A DNA stretch of 55,112 nucleotides from Seison nebaliae (GCA_023231475.1 JALJEE010001125.1:1-55112), one strand, 5' to 3'; positions 40,101 to 53,706 are shown, counted from the first letter of the stretch. The notes: generated by a model from the sequence alone, not told the origin. Translations and numbers: made by a program.

Positions 40101-40599
40101 CTGAATCGTCGTCAAAATTGGGATGATTTGGATTATTGAAATTATTGGAGAAATTCTCATCGAACAACTTCTCCTGATTATCAGCATCATCGTTGTAGAA
40201 TGAATGAAAAGTGTTGAGTGTGTTGGGTTGATTAGGATTTGTCGAATTGATCTTATTTCGATTTGGGGAATTATTCAAATTTTTGTAATAATCGTCATGC
40301 GTCTGATGATGCTTATATTCTTGCAACAGGAATAATGCCAACACATCATCATTCGATTTCTCCTTCATTCCGAAATATTGTTTGGTTGTATGAATAAATT
40401 TGTGAAGCCATGTTGACGACTGACGAGTGGATTGTTGATGAAGACCATCCGCTTCATCTTCTATGGAAACAATTCCATCATTATTCCTCGTTTGATAGTA
40501 GCACTTCTTCCTCAATACATTACTGTTATTGGAACTGGTACTTGGTTGATGATTGGAATTATTCGACTCATCCCAATTGTTCGGACAGGATGTGAGCAT
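37143..40599 (-). CDS. Cyclic nucleotide-gated cation channel alpha-type subunit with long low-complexity N-terminus
   Basis: [27 protein letters not shown] and pore [18 protein letters not shown]-linker [34 protein letters not shown]...YFGEISIL...GNRRTASV. Seven introns. Confidence 0.93.
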
Positions 40600-42933
40600 A
40601 GTGCACTCTTCTCCTCTCCTGTCGATACTTGGACGATTTTAATTCAACGCAGCAAATGGACGTGTTGGTGATGATGAAGGTGAATAATTAATTAGTTAGT
40701 TGAACAAACCGAAAAAGCAATTTCTCTCCTCCCAATTTTATTGAGGTAGAATTTGATGGAAATGGTGATGGTGAGTGAACCGGTTATGAGGTCGATAAGT
40801 TTTGTAGTTGTTGCTCATTATAGTTGGAAGGTTGGAAGGAAGAATGCAGCTGAAAGAAGAATGAATAGTCTGTCCGAAGCATCTGTCCGTCCTCTCTACA
40901 TGGCCATGCCATGCTCGTACGTTGATTGTATTTAACAAATGTGTAATATGTTTCAGAATCCGATCGCACAGTAGTGACACATTGATGAATGTATTTACAG
41001 TAGTAGTGTGTATGTCTGAATAGGCTGAATGAACATACGTATCAATGCAATGGGATGATGATAGTAGTGCTCCAAATTAAATGATTATATAAACATTTTA
41101 TTCCAATGGTTATGATGATGATTATTGATGGTGTTAATATCGTTCCTGTTGTTCTTAATATTATTTGCTAGTCTGATTATGATTAATTCTCTTTTTTTCT
41201 AGAAATATATCTCACATATATTTACATTGCCATCCATTGCACAGTTACTCCGAATATCTCGTTCAATATCTGAAGGAAGAAATAATTGGGTGAATATTTC
41301 CCCCCCACTAATGTTACAATGGCAGCGATGGCAGTAGTTGTTGGTGTCATATAATAAGAATAATATTAATAATTAATTATATATGATAAAGTGGAAGAAT
41401 AATCAAAATATGAGATGAAGTAGCCGAATTATATGAAGGAGAAATACTTTCCCATATTGTGCACTCACAGTTAGTTCGGCGCACAACAAAAATATTAAAT
41501 CAATAATTTCAAAATTTTCCCCTTCTAAATGATATATACGCTGATTAATTCATCATTAGTTCCCACATATCATTAGAAAGCAAGTTATATTGAAATGAAT
41601 AAGATAAATGATCATAAGAACATATGATCAAATTGATATTATCCAACTTCTTCTACAACCCTGCCCCCACTCACATCAACATTTCCACCCTCTTCTTCAT
41701 TCACTCATCATCAACAAGGAGAATTCGATGTTTGGATTCGATAAATCTTTCGCCAACTAATTCCTTCCCAGGAGAAAACTATGGAAAACTATTTTGATTA
41801 TATTTTATATATTTTCAATTTTTTAAATGTTCCTCACCAACTCTTTTAAATTCTAGTCTGTCTCTCCTATCAGGGAGTGAAATAGAAGGAACTTAATAAA
41901 TGAAGATTAGTCTTGGAGAATGAGGAATTTGTGTCGAAGAAACAAAAGTAATGGAAATGAAGCAGAATATAATTACGGTGACACAATAGAATTAAGAAAA
42001 TATCGAATTTATTATTTCTAGTTGACTGTCTCCTCAGACATTTACTTTTTTCTCCTTCCATTCAACTCAATTCTTTTCTGTTCGTTCCTATTCTTCGGTC
42101 ACTGACGCTATTAGTATCGGTTTGCAAATGACGAGCGATCGCGACAACAATCTTATTGTTACGGAGTTGATGTGAATTCACTCGTTTACATTTATATGTA
42201 ATTACAAGATATACATACTAAACTCATAGTAAATGGAAATAATATATTCTGAAAATTTTTTTTTCAGAAACTGCTCCCCAACAGTACGTACAAATTCTAA
42301 TTTCTCCATTTGTGCACAAACATGTTTCGATGGGCACATATTGTTATGTGAGAGGGACTGTGTGCACACAACATTTACAGATATCGATATGGATGAGAAG
42401 TAATAATTGAGAATATGGCGCAGGTGGAGGTTGATTCGACGAATTTATCTTCTTCTCAACTCTCCTCTCTCCTCAGCTCTCAGTCCCCCCGAACAAAAAA
42501 ACAATAATGATAATGAGAATTTTAATATTATTAATAAGAATACTCATAATAATTCTTTCCTATTTTCTTCCATTTTGTTTTATTGTCATTTTAATTAATT
42601 ATATTCATTGATCCTAATTCACCTCACTAGATCACAACACACAGACACACAGACACATATGACACACAAGTAGTTCCATCTCATCAAACATCATTTGAGG
42701 AAATAGCAAATGAATGGAATACAGTCATGTTTCCTGGACCGATACTCTCATGGATGAATAGAAGGATGCTTCAACAATCTCTTCCCAACTCTATCACAAA
42801 TGGATTTGAGGAGATTTGAGTTTCAATCACAATCGTCTCGTGAACCGTCCAAGTTGAGAATGTATAACAAAAAATGTTGTTTACGTAAATTTGCATAACA
42901 TATTCATTTCTCAATAACTCTTGGGGATTTGTG

Positions 42934-43000
42934 AAATTCCTTTATCAAAAATTCCTTAAACAAAAGTTCCTTTACCAAAAGTTCCTTTATTAAAAGTTCC
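42934..43000. repeat. 15-bp tandem array (aaaagttcctttacc)x4-5, possible orphan transposon terminal arm
   Basis: Periodic aaa[ag]ttcc cores; no inverted partner seen nearby. Confidence 0.7.
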
Positions 43001-46000
43001 GTTGTCGTCTCAACAATTCGTCATGTGTATAAGCGACCGTAACTTATTGACTAACAAGTACTGTAAATAAGTCGTGAAACATATTAATCTTGTAAATAAT
43101 TTGTGTAATTCTTTACAAGAATTTCTAATTAATCACCACATTCCTCTACAACAATCGCACGCCTAAGTAGTCGTCACGACTGCACATAATATAAATTTTT
43201 ATCTCAAATTTCATTTGATCAGGAAAAAAATTCTTTTTTAATTGTCAAATAGAGGAAACCGAAGAAAGTTTATTGGAATTGTAACATAAATGACGACTAT
43301 AACCTTCTTCCAATGACAACAACATTTAGCTGACATGAAATTTGTGTTCGTTCATAATGAGAATGGAAAATACTTCCAATGTCATTGGGGGAAATTCTGG
43401 TAAAAATTACCAGTTTTTATTTCCAGATAATTTTTATTAACGATAAATATGAGATATTAATAATGGTAATGGTTCACATTATTCCTAGAAATATATATTA
43501 AGAAATCATATTCTCCCAATTACCCAATTGCTGAGCATTCCCAAAACAAAATATCATCATTTATGGTTTTCTCTAATGGAAATTATTATCACCATGAGGA
43601 ACGAATCGTCATCAGTCAAATGTTATTTAACGTCGATCACATCATCTTCCTGTTGTTATTGGGAAATTATATGGTTTAATGCATTTGACTTGTCAATCCC
43701 GAATTACGTGGAGAGGATTAAGGAAACTGTTCTTTTCTGCTTCAAATATTTCCATCAAAACGAAATTTCATTTTTGAAGGTTATTCTCTCTACCTGACGT
43801 ACAAGCGTTTTGTAGGAGGAATCCTGTTAATATATTTATAATTACATATATCTCTAAGGAGAGGTGACCTCTCAATATTCGACTGGAAATTATTATGCAC
43901 CGATATTTAATGTGAAGAAAATGGGAGTCAATGTAGGGAAGAGAAATTGAATCAATAGGAAGATATCGTGAATTTGTTCGAATATCACTGGAAAATATCA
44001 TGATGGAAACGACTCGTCGCAATTGTGCGAATTCTCATCATATTTCAATTTGGATGATTCTCATATAATTATTAAATGTCAATAAGTATCATGCAGATGA
44101 TGATTTGTTGAAAGGAAATTTTCTATTTTCTTTCTAATTTCCATCGAATAGTCAGAGAATGATTAATAACATCCTCCTCTTCTTCTTTTCCAGTTACATG
44201 CGAAAACCACAAGGATGCGGAAGACAATTTTTGATGGAATGGAAAATCTTTGAAAGAATTTCATTAAACTTATTCTCATTGAAATGAAGCGCTTATGCAA
44301 GATCGATCTAATTCATTTCCCAAACAATCTTCTCACCAACACAGTGAAATTAATTAAATTTGTTCATTTGAAAAAAGTGAAAAAGGGGAATGGGAAACCA
44401 GCGATAATTAAGGAGGAATATGTCTGTGGAATGCAATTCAATAAAAACGAATATTGCTTCGATATGGGTAAAACGGAAGTCACCTTACTGTTCGAAAGAA
44501 AAGTAATATTCTTTTAAATGTCATAAATATTTCACTGTTAACTTCCCAAATAAATAAATTTGGAATTTCATAAAAAGAATCACGTATCAGCGAATATAAT
44601 GGATGGAACAAAACTTTCTACTTCCTCCATTCTTCCTCCTCTCCTCCAATTATTGTACAATTACTCGAATACATATTGCTCGTTTAAGACACACTTATTT
44701 ACATGCTGCCAATAGTTGATGTTCGCCCAATATGTGCTATTCACATAAGATCTCCCAAATAGTGTGCGAGGTCGACTCGAATGAAAGGAAATGACAAGAG
44801 GCTGATGTCAAACTGAAATAGTCTTCTTCCAACACTTATGATTATTTCTGTTGGAAGCACTCCCATCCAACAATTGCATCAAAAAAATAAAAATTTCAGT
44901 GCAAAAACTTTAATTTTTTTTCCAAATTTTTTTCCCCATAAAATAACAAAATAGCAATTAAATATCCGGAAAGTCATCTGAAGATGTCAACAAAATGCTG
45001 TGTTTTCATCCACCAACCATTAGTTCGATCGAGCGCAAAAATCATTTATTGCACATTACGTACCCGTAGCGAATATTATCAAGATATTTCAAAGACACAG
45101 TCTGAATGTGACATTCAATCGAGGGAAGTTATTGATTAAAAGAAACTCTCAGTTTGAGACCTTTCAATTTAGTTCAACAAATCAAAACTAACAATTTTCT
45201 TCTTCATTGGGAGAAATGGAGAAGAGTCATTAAATCTTTTTCGAAACTTAAACTTTGTTTTTGCAAAGATTTTTTTTCAAAAAAGTTACAGAATTCTTCC
45301 TTTTTTCCCAAAACTTTCTAGGATTATGTTATCTATAAATGTTCCCCTATAACATGTGAATGATATGTAAATGAAGTTGTATTGATGTAATCATAACGAT
45401 TAATGTTTATCAGTAAATAGTACATATGTATAGTGAAATCGGATGTATTCACTTCCAACTTCTCCCAATCCGGACATACATGCACACTCGAGTATTTGTG
45501 ATATAAAGTCGGCTTTGTGTATAAGCAATGGGAGATGAGTATACAAATCGAATGAACAAGAATTTATTCGCTCGGAACTTAAAAAAACATATTATACAAT
45601 ATGATGATTATCTTTACATAACTAACGATAATAATAATTGTTTGAAGAGAATTTCCTTCATTGTATTATCTCATGATGATGATGATGATGATGATATTTG
45701 GGCAGAATTATAGGTAAGTAAAAAAATCATAGGAATTGAATGAGCAAAATAAAAGGATTAATTGCTTCCCTTCTCCTTTCAATACACTTGTGGAATTAGT
45801 ATCATTTCATTCTCGACTTGCTTCAACAAACACACATTCTCCTTCGTATTCCTCCCGAGACTAAATTTCGTAGCAACTTCTTCTATTGACTATATCATCC
45901 AATGTATACACTCTGAATATTCCCCTCATTTAATGTTACTTAATCAAAGCGGATCCTTACGGAAGGGAAACTCGTTTCGATTTTATGAATTAACTCAAAA

Positions 46001-46230
46001 TAAATAGATTACTTACTTTAGAATCGTTTGAAGAATTCGATTAATATGCAATCAGACTTAATTCTCTTATAACTAACACTGTTAATAAAATTCGAAAACA
46101 TTCTCTCCCTCGATCATTCCCACAAAAAAATACGAAAATAAATCACTTTCATCTCCGTACGGCAATCTCAGTTTTTTCTGTATATTTAAGTAATTTATTT
46201 GTGGAATAAATTCCATTACATGAAAGTTTG

Positions 46231-46791
46231 GAATGGCGAACAATTCGGAAACTTGACAATTCGAACATTTGACAATTCTAAGATCGACAATTCTGAGACA
46301 GACATTTCTAACATCGACAATTCGGAAATTTCTTGTACGATAAACAAATGAATTGAAAATTACTTTCAAATTAACAAAAATTATAACTTGTAAGAATATT
46401 TAAGGAGAAGAATTATTTATTATATTAATTTTTTTAACATGAAAACGCGAAAAAAGAAATTGTATTGATAATTAACTAACGTAAATACAACAGAATATAA
46501 TTAAAGATAAAAGGTAACAAAAAATACTTTACAGGAAAAATGTAAACGTCTTATGTAGTTTTTTTTAGTACAGTTTTAACTCAGTTTTTCATGCTGATTT
46601 TTATGCTATATAGCTATTACCTAATATTACTATTTATTACCTAATTTTAATCTAGGCAATGTAACGTATATCGAAGGACAGCCAATATGTTTTCAAATAA
46701 ATTCTCGACATTGTGATATTTTTTGTAATATTGTCTTATGTCAGAATTGTTTAATCTTCGAATTGTCAAGGCGCTGAATTGTCTATGATTC
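46231..46791. mobile_element. Non-autonomous Mutator/foldback-like element (MITE)
   Basis: Left arm has 15-16-bp units with an acaattc core and the right arm has the inverted gaattgt units. Flanked by the 9-bp direct repeat gaaagtttg (46222-46230 and 46792-46800). Interior is AT-rich and non-coding. Confidence 0.65.
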
Positions 46792-47106
46792 GAAAGTTTG
46801 GTAGTTGCTCAAAAGGATATCGTCCATTAAAATTAATGGGATTTCTTTCAATTAGACAAATTATTTGGGAGTAAAAAGAAATTTCTCCTTTTACCTCGAT
46901 TAATCGATGCGTCCGCATTTATTCACCAGTTCAATTACTGGTAATGGAATTGTGAGAAATTAAATAACTAAAAATTATTTCAATTAACCAAATACAATTA
47001 GTATTGATCAACATGCCAAGATAAAAGAGTTTCGTTTATTATTCTTGTTATTGAGATTTAGTTCGTTTCCATTCAATAATTTTCAATTTAATTTTCGCTT
47101 AATTTC

Positions 47107-47654
47107 ATGGTTGTAGATATACCTTGTATTTATTCATGTGGCTGTAGGTACAAGAGAAGCACATCTCAGAATGAAGGACTACCCACACATCCTCAATATG
47201 TTCGCTTCCAAATTCTGCAGAAAGCGGCTCGTGAGAAACAATTCGAAAAGTTGAGTGAATGTAGAACGAAAAAGAAATTGATTCAGAAAGCATTGAAGAA
47301 ATATCATCCACGAATTAAGAAAGGACTCTATTATAAATATTTATTAGAGAAGAAGGTAATGAACTAAATTTGTTGAAATGTTTATTAAAATTAATTTTGA
47401 AGGATAAGAAACCGTCGGGAAAAGAACCGCCGAAGAAAATGGATTTAGTCGAATGTATGAAACGATTAAATATCGAACAGAAGAGATTGAGAGGAACTAA
47501 AAGTTTATCCGATCTCATCGAGGATTATACCACTCAATATGACTGTAACGGACAGCCGATCTATCATGCAAATCGACCCGCCGAATATGTTATTCATGAA
47601 CATGAATATCGAAAGCGAGTGCCTAAACATATGAAGCCGTTAGATAAAGAATAA
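47107..47654 (+). CDS. Orphan basic protein with N-terminal DIPCIYSCGCRYKRS motif
   Basis: Two ORFs joined in frame by intron 47356-47402; motif shared with the gene at 49480-50206. Confidence 0.7.
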
Positions 47655-47826
47655 AATTAAGGAATTACTAAAAAAGTTTAGCAATTCAAATTGACAGTTG
47701 AGATTTATCTTCTTGAGAAAAATTGTTTTCGGAATAAAAATGTATAAAAGAATCGACATAAAAAAATGGAAAATCTGTTTTGTTTTTTTGTTTTATATTC
47801 TGTTAGTTTTTATTCCATAAGACATC

Positions 47827-49377
47827 ATGCAACCTCTTCGCGGTTTTAAGTATCTGAAAATGATGCAGAAATGGAAATATTTCGATAATTTGTATAAAGT
47901 AGAAAAGGACAGAGTAGCTGGTTTTTATAACGAGATAAAATTAGGCCTATGTTTGACAAATGCTATATTCGCCATGATAATGTCGAGTACGGTGATGATG
48001 AATTATTTCCAGGATAAAATGAACAATTGTTGTGAGTTGAATTTGAAGAAGAATCTGAATATCATTTACGACGATCCGTTAGCGAGGAATGAGATGAAAA
48101 AGAGACGATATGATTTACATTTGCCCAGTTTCCTTGCTCACGGTTTAATGGACACATGTAGAGGTCATATGTATAATACTTCTCATGGATTTGCTGGTGA
48201 TTATTTATTGATAAATAATTATGCTGAATGTTATCGTGATAAATCTTATGGTAGTCCATACGATCACTATTTTATAAGGGAAAATATCCAAGGTGAAAGA
48301 AAATGTAAATTTGTTATAGGCTTAAGTAAATCGAAAACTCCTCATGATTTCGATCCGTGGGTTGATATATTGAAAGTACTTTTTGGTGAATCAAATCAAT
48401 TCCTTTACAACGATTATTTTACGTATTATACGAAAGATGACGTCCAATTACTTCACGTAATGATGGAATATGAGAACGAAGATGAAATTCCAAAATATGA
48501 ACCGTTTCATTTTAAAAATTTCACCGATATTAAAGGCCTTGGCTCAGTAAGGGGTTTTGGCAATCATTTAAAGTTAATCCCGTTCACTCCGAAAGTAATT
48601 ATTGTAAATTTTAAAAAATTAGATCGTATCAAAATTAGTCCGAGTTCAACAGTCAGAATATTTGACCGATTAATAACTTGTACTAGAGAGGGTCGAATGG
48701 ATTTGACGAATATTCAATTTTATATCAATATATTCGGAATGACTCTTCCTGAATTGGCAAGTGAAAATCCGACGGTATATTTCCCCATTTCAGAAGGCAG
48801 AAATAAATTGTATAATATTAAGTCGTTTAGTTTGAGAATTGAAGATGAAGTTATCATAAACACGAACCTTCTGAAACTGGATTGGCCGGAGAGAACTGAA
48901 CCCAGATTTAGCGTATGTGCCGATAGATTATATGATGATTTAATGGAATATCCTAAAGTACTCAAAATACCAATTAATGACACTTTCATTTTAAATAGAG
49001 ATCCTGATAATAAGAGATTGTTGATGGATTATTTATTAGCGATGTGCGTAGCTATTAATAAGGATAAAGTTCTTCAATCTTATCGAAATGCTCCATTGAA
49101 GGTTCATCAAGTTGCTCTCATTCATCGAGACAATCGATGGCTATTAATGAATGATGATAAATCAGTCGTGATTCACGATATCGTCCAATTCTCAAAACAC
49201 TTAATTGGCGACAATATTTATACTGTAGTTCTTGAAGAAGGCGAACAAGATAAAATAACCACCACCACCATCACCACAACAACAACAACAACCATAAAAA
49301 ATGATCCGTCTGGTGATGCAACAACGACAAATAATAATGGTCTTGTGAAAGATTTAGAGAAACTTCAATTATCTTAA
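47827..49377 (+). CDS. Divergent ubiquitin-specific protease (C19/USP)-like protein, intronless, 516 aa
   Basis: Cys-box-like GFYNEIKLGLCLTNAIFAMI, box-4-like TPKVIIVNFKKL, and His/Asp-box-like VHQVALIHRDNRWLLMNDDKS. The ORF is secure; the family call is tentative. Confidence 0.55.
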   Translation: MQPLRGFKYLKMMQKWKYFDNLYKVEKDRVAGFYNEIKLGLCLTNAIFAMIMSSTVMMNYFQDKMNNCCELNLKKNLNIIYDDPLARNEMKKRRYDLHLPSFLAHGLMDTCRGHMYNTSHGFAGDYLLINNYAECYRDKSYGSPYDHYFIRENIQGERKCKFVIGLSKSKTPHDFDPWVDILKVLFGESNQFLYNDYFTYYTKDDVQLLHVMMEYENEDEIPKYEPFHFKNFTDIKGLGSVRGFGNHLKLIPFTPKVIIVNFKKLDRIKISPSSTVRIFDRLITCTREGRMDLTNIQFYINIFGMTLPELASENPTVYFPISEGRNKLYNIKSFSLRIEDEVIINTNLLKLDWPERTEPRFSVCADRLYDDLMEYPKVLKIPINDTFILNRDPDNKRLLMDYLLAMCVAINKDKVLQSYRNAPLKVHQVALIHRDNRWLLMNDDKSVVIHDIVQFSKHLIGDNIYTVVLEEGEQDKITTTTITTTTTTTIKNDPSGDATTTNNNGLVKDLEKLQLS

Positions 49378-49479
49378 AATAATTACACGAATGAAAATAT
49401 TTGAAAAAAGAATTTTAAATTTCTACATTTAATTTGTTCATTTTCCTGCACTTAATCTGGACAATGTTTAATCAATTTT

Positions 49480-50206
49480 TTAAGTTTCGTCATGTACCTT
49501 ACTTTTGTCCACACATCTATATTTTGCTTTTGACCACCAACTATAAAGTTTGTTGGGTGGTTTGAATGCTTCCCTTACACCAAATTTAGGTAATTTACTT
49601 CCGATAGTCAAACCTGCAGAACGAAATTTATAAGAAATAAAATTATCTTGTTTTAACCTGATTCTTTATCGTTAAATCTTTCTGCCTTTTTTATACTTTC
49701 TCTATTGGAATATTCTTTCGCTTTCAATCCTCTCAACATCTTATCTGGTATGCCCTCTTCGTCTTGTAGTGATTCGTCATCAGATTCCGGATTTTTATTA
49801 ATTCGAACGGTTTTATATTTCTCCCACAAATCGGTTGCTCTCTCATATTTTGGACGTGTGGTTGAATCATTGATCGATTTCTGAAAGATAAATTGACTCG
49901 GAAAAGAAGAATTTGAAGGAACATAATATGCTAATGTCTTCCAATGATGTAAAGTTTGTGGACGACTATGTCGAAATCGTTTGATGGCTCTCAATCTTGC
50001 ATTAATTTTTTCCGCACAAATACTGAAAAAATTTAGAAAATTCATTTGTGGAATTGAATGAACTTTCTTCTTTCAATGATCCGAGTCATCGCACCTTTAT
50101 CGAAGGTTGGTCGATGGTTATGTGGTGGATCGGTTGGCAATTTACCACGTGAACGTTTATAACGACATCCACATGAATAAATGCACGGTACATCATTAAT
50201 ATGCAT
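49480..50206 (-). CDS. Orphan basic protein with N-terminal DVPCIYSCGCRYKRS motif
   Basis: Three exons splice in frame: MHINDVPCIYSCGCRYKRSRGKLPTDP...RRN-ICAEKINARL...DKESG-LTIGSKLPKF...HDET*. Confidence 0.7.
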
Positions 50207-50270
50207 TCTCTTTCAACTAAATCAATTTAATTAATAAATGAAAAAATGAGAAATGATTTGAAAAGAATAT

Positions 50271-51235
<965 letters not shown>

Positions 51236-51535
51236 GTTGAATAAATTTTTATTTTTCTCTAAAGCTTAAAATTTGAATTAAAACATTTTTAAGTAGGAGT
51301 AGGAAAAAAAATGTTATTAAAATTATATTTGAAAGCCAACAATTTGAATTGGAAAATTGAAAATAAATTTTTCAACAAATTTATTTTCACGAAGTTTGAC
51401 AGTTTAACTTCTGCTGAATATATTTCCATTAAGAATTTGGAGAAACGTGTCAAAGACGCATTCTAATTTAGAATTATTTCATCTTTCCAATTCTTCTACG
51501 ATTCGTTCAAAGAACAAATTTAACGACTACCAACT

Positions 51536-51646
51536 ATGATCACAGATACCCAATTAACAATGTTGACGAATGGTTTAGGCGTAACAATCTTTATGTTGAT
51601 ATTACTCTATCACTTCTTATCGGCCAACCGCAATCGGGACGATTAA
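51536..51646 (+). CDS. OST4: Oligosaccharyltransferase subunit 4 (36 aa)
   Basis: MITDTQLTMLTNGLGVTIFMLILLYHFLSANRNRDD matches the OST4 pattern MITD.QL...N.LGV..F.L++LYH+...N. Confidence 0.93.
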   Translation: MITDTQLTMLTNGLGVTIFMLILLYHFLSANRNRDD

Positions 51647-51830
51647 ATATGAACAAATGCATTTGACATTCCACAAATCATCAAATTTATCGTCACTAAT
51701 TCAGATGTGAGAATAAGAAATTTTTCTTTTGTTTTTCCTATTTCCATTCATAAAATCTTAAATAAACGAGAACGACAATAATTCTGTATTTTTATTTGGG
51801 ATTTAAAAAAAATAAATTTAAAAAGAATTT

Positions 51831-53706
51831 TTATTTTTTTTTATTTTCGAATTTGTGAAGAATTGTCTTGAATTCTTTCTTCTCATCGTCCTTTAATATC
51901 ATAGGATATGGTTTGATTTTTGAACTTCTTGTCATTCGATTAGTAATCATCCAAAATGCTTGAAAATCTTTTTTATACAAAATCGTAAATGATTTTCCAT
52001 CATTGGTTGAACGTGCAGTTCTGCCTACTCGATGAACATAACAATTGTGATCGTCAGGGATGGCGTAGGAAACGATATGACTGATGTTGTCTACATCGAT
52101 TCCTCTTGACACCACATCAGTACATAATAATCTGGAAGAAAATGAAAATTGAATATTTTTCTTTATGAAATTAACATCATTAAATTATTTCCTTTCATTT
52201 CCGAATTATATTTCGTCATTACTTGTTTCTTCTTATAATTACTTAATTGTCCATCGATACTTGAAAGATGGACATCATCTTTAGTGAAATATGAATGAGT
52301 TAATAATAATTCTTTGAGACTGAGAAAATTAGAATAATTTAAAGAGAAAGAAAACTTATTGACATACAAATTCTTTTCGACAAATACCAAAACTTTTGCT
52401 GGTCGTTCGAATGATTTTATCATTTCAATTAACGTCAATGGACGTAATTTAATCGATGGTGTTAACGTATAAAATTCCTAAAATTAATTTGAATTAATTT
52501 TAAAGACTTTTTTTTTTTTTTTTGAATTAATAAAAATTCAACTTTCAAATTTGGGGGTAGTACCAAATTGTGTTGTTGGACAATTTCCTTTTGTTTTGGA
52601 GAAGTTTTCGTCTCGAATAAAATTGGACGAACTAATTTGAAGGAAGATAATTTCTCCGCATCTTTTGTCATCGTTGCCGAAAAGAACAATTTCCTACAAT
52701 GTGTTTCTCGATTGAAACTTTTCATTTCTTTTATTGATATTCCTAAAAATGAAATTATTCCACAAAATCACAATAAATAATTCCACAACCTTTATACATA
52801 TATTTTTGAGATAAACTCCCACTCGAACTTTTACCATCAAATATTTCCATCCAATGACTCTCCGAACTCTCCTTCAAAACTTTATCAATTTCATCAATTA
52901 CTAAAAATCTAAAAAAGGAAAATTTCATTGAAACAATTTTCAAAAAAGTTTGAAAAACTGTAAATATTTTAATGGAATTCCATTCTCAATTAAATCGGCC
53001 AATCGTGCTGGTGTCGTGATGAGAATATCAATACGATTATTGATAATACTTTTTTTTAAAATAAATAGAGAAGAAGAAAAAAATAAAATAAACTATTTAA
53101 TATTTTCATCAACATTTTTCGAAGTAATCGAATGTTGAACTTCCAGTGAATAAAATTCACATAATTCTTTACAGACTTTAAAGATTTGATTTCCCAATAA
53201 TTGTGTTGGTGTTAAAATTATACAACGAATAGAATTGACAGAATCTTCTACATCCTTCAAATTCAAAATTTGCATTATCGGCATGAGGAAAGTGAGAGTT
53301 TTTCCACTGCCCGTTGGAGAACTGACGAGAATATCAGACGGAATGAATTGATTCATATAATAATCAACTTCATCATTTGTATTGTCTAGAATTGATGGAA
53401 TTACAGCCGCTTGAACTATGAGAATGATTCGATAGAAAAAAAGAATTTTTTATTAACCTGCTAATAATTTTTCAAAGTTTTTCTTTTCTAAATATTTTAA
53501 TGATTTATCGTCGAGAACATTCTCAAATTCCGTAACATCAACTTCATTCTGATTATTGAAAATTATCGAGTTTCTTATCCAAGCTGGATATTGTTGTGCC
53601 ACCTAAAATATCATCAATCATTATCAATATATATGGAAAGTTAAACTTTTTCATCAGTTTTCTCATTTTGGACGCGAAAGATTGATGAAAAATCATCAGA
53701 CGACAT
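51831..53706 (-). CDS. DDX51: DEAD-box RNA helicase DDX51/Dbp6-like
   Basis: PAW N-terminal motif, Q motif VQAAVIP, DILVSSPTGSGKTL, TPARL, LVIDEID, FSATMT, SRGIDV and YVHRVGRTAR across many short exons. Confidence 0.8.

Noticed and set aside
46231..46330. Repeat-spacer periodicity superficially like a CRISPR array
   Set aside because: Units are only 15-16 bp, the context is eukaryotic, there are no cas genes, and an inverted partner arm indicates a transposon terminus.
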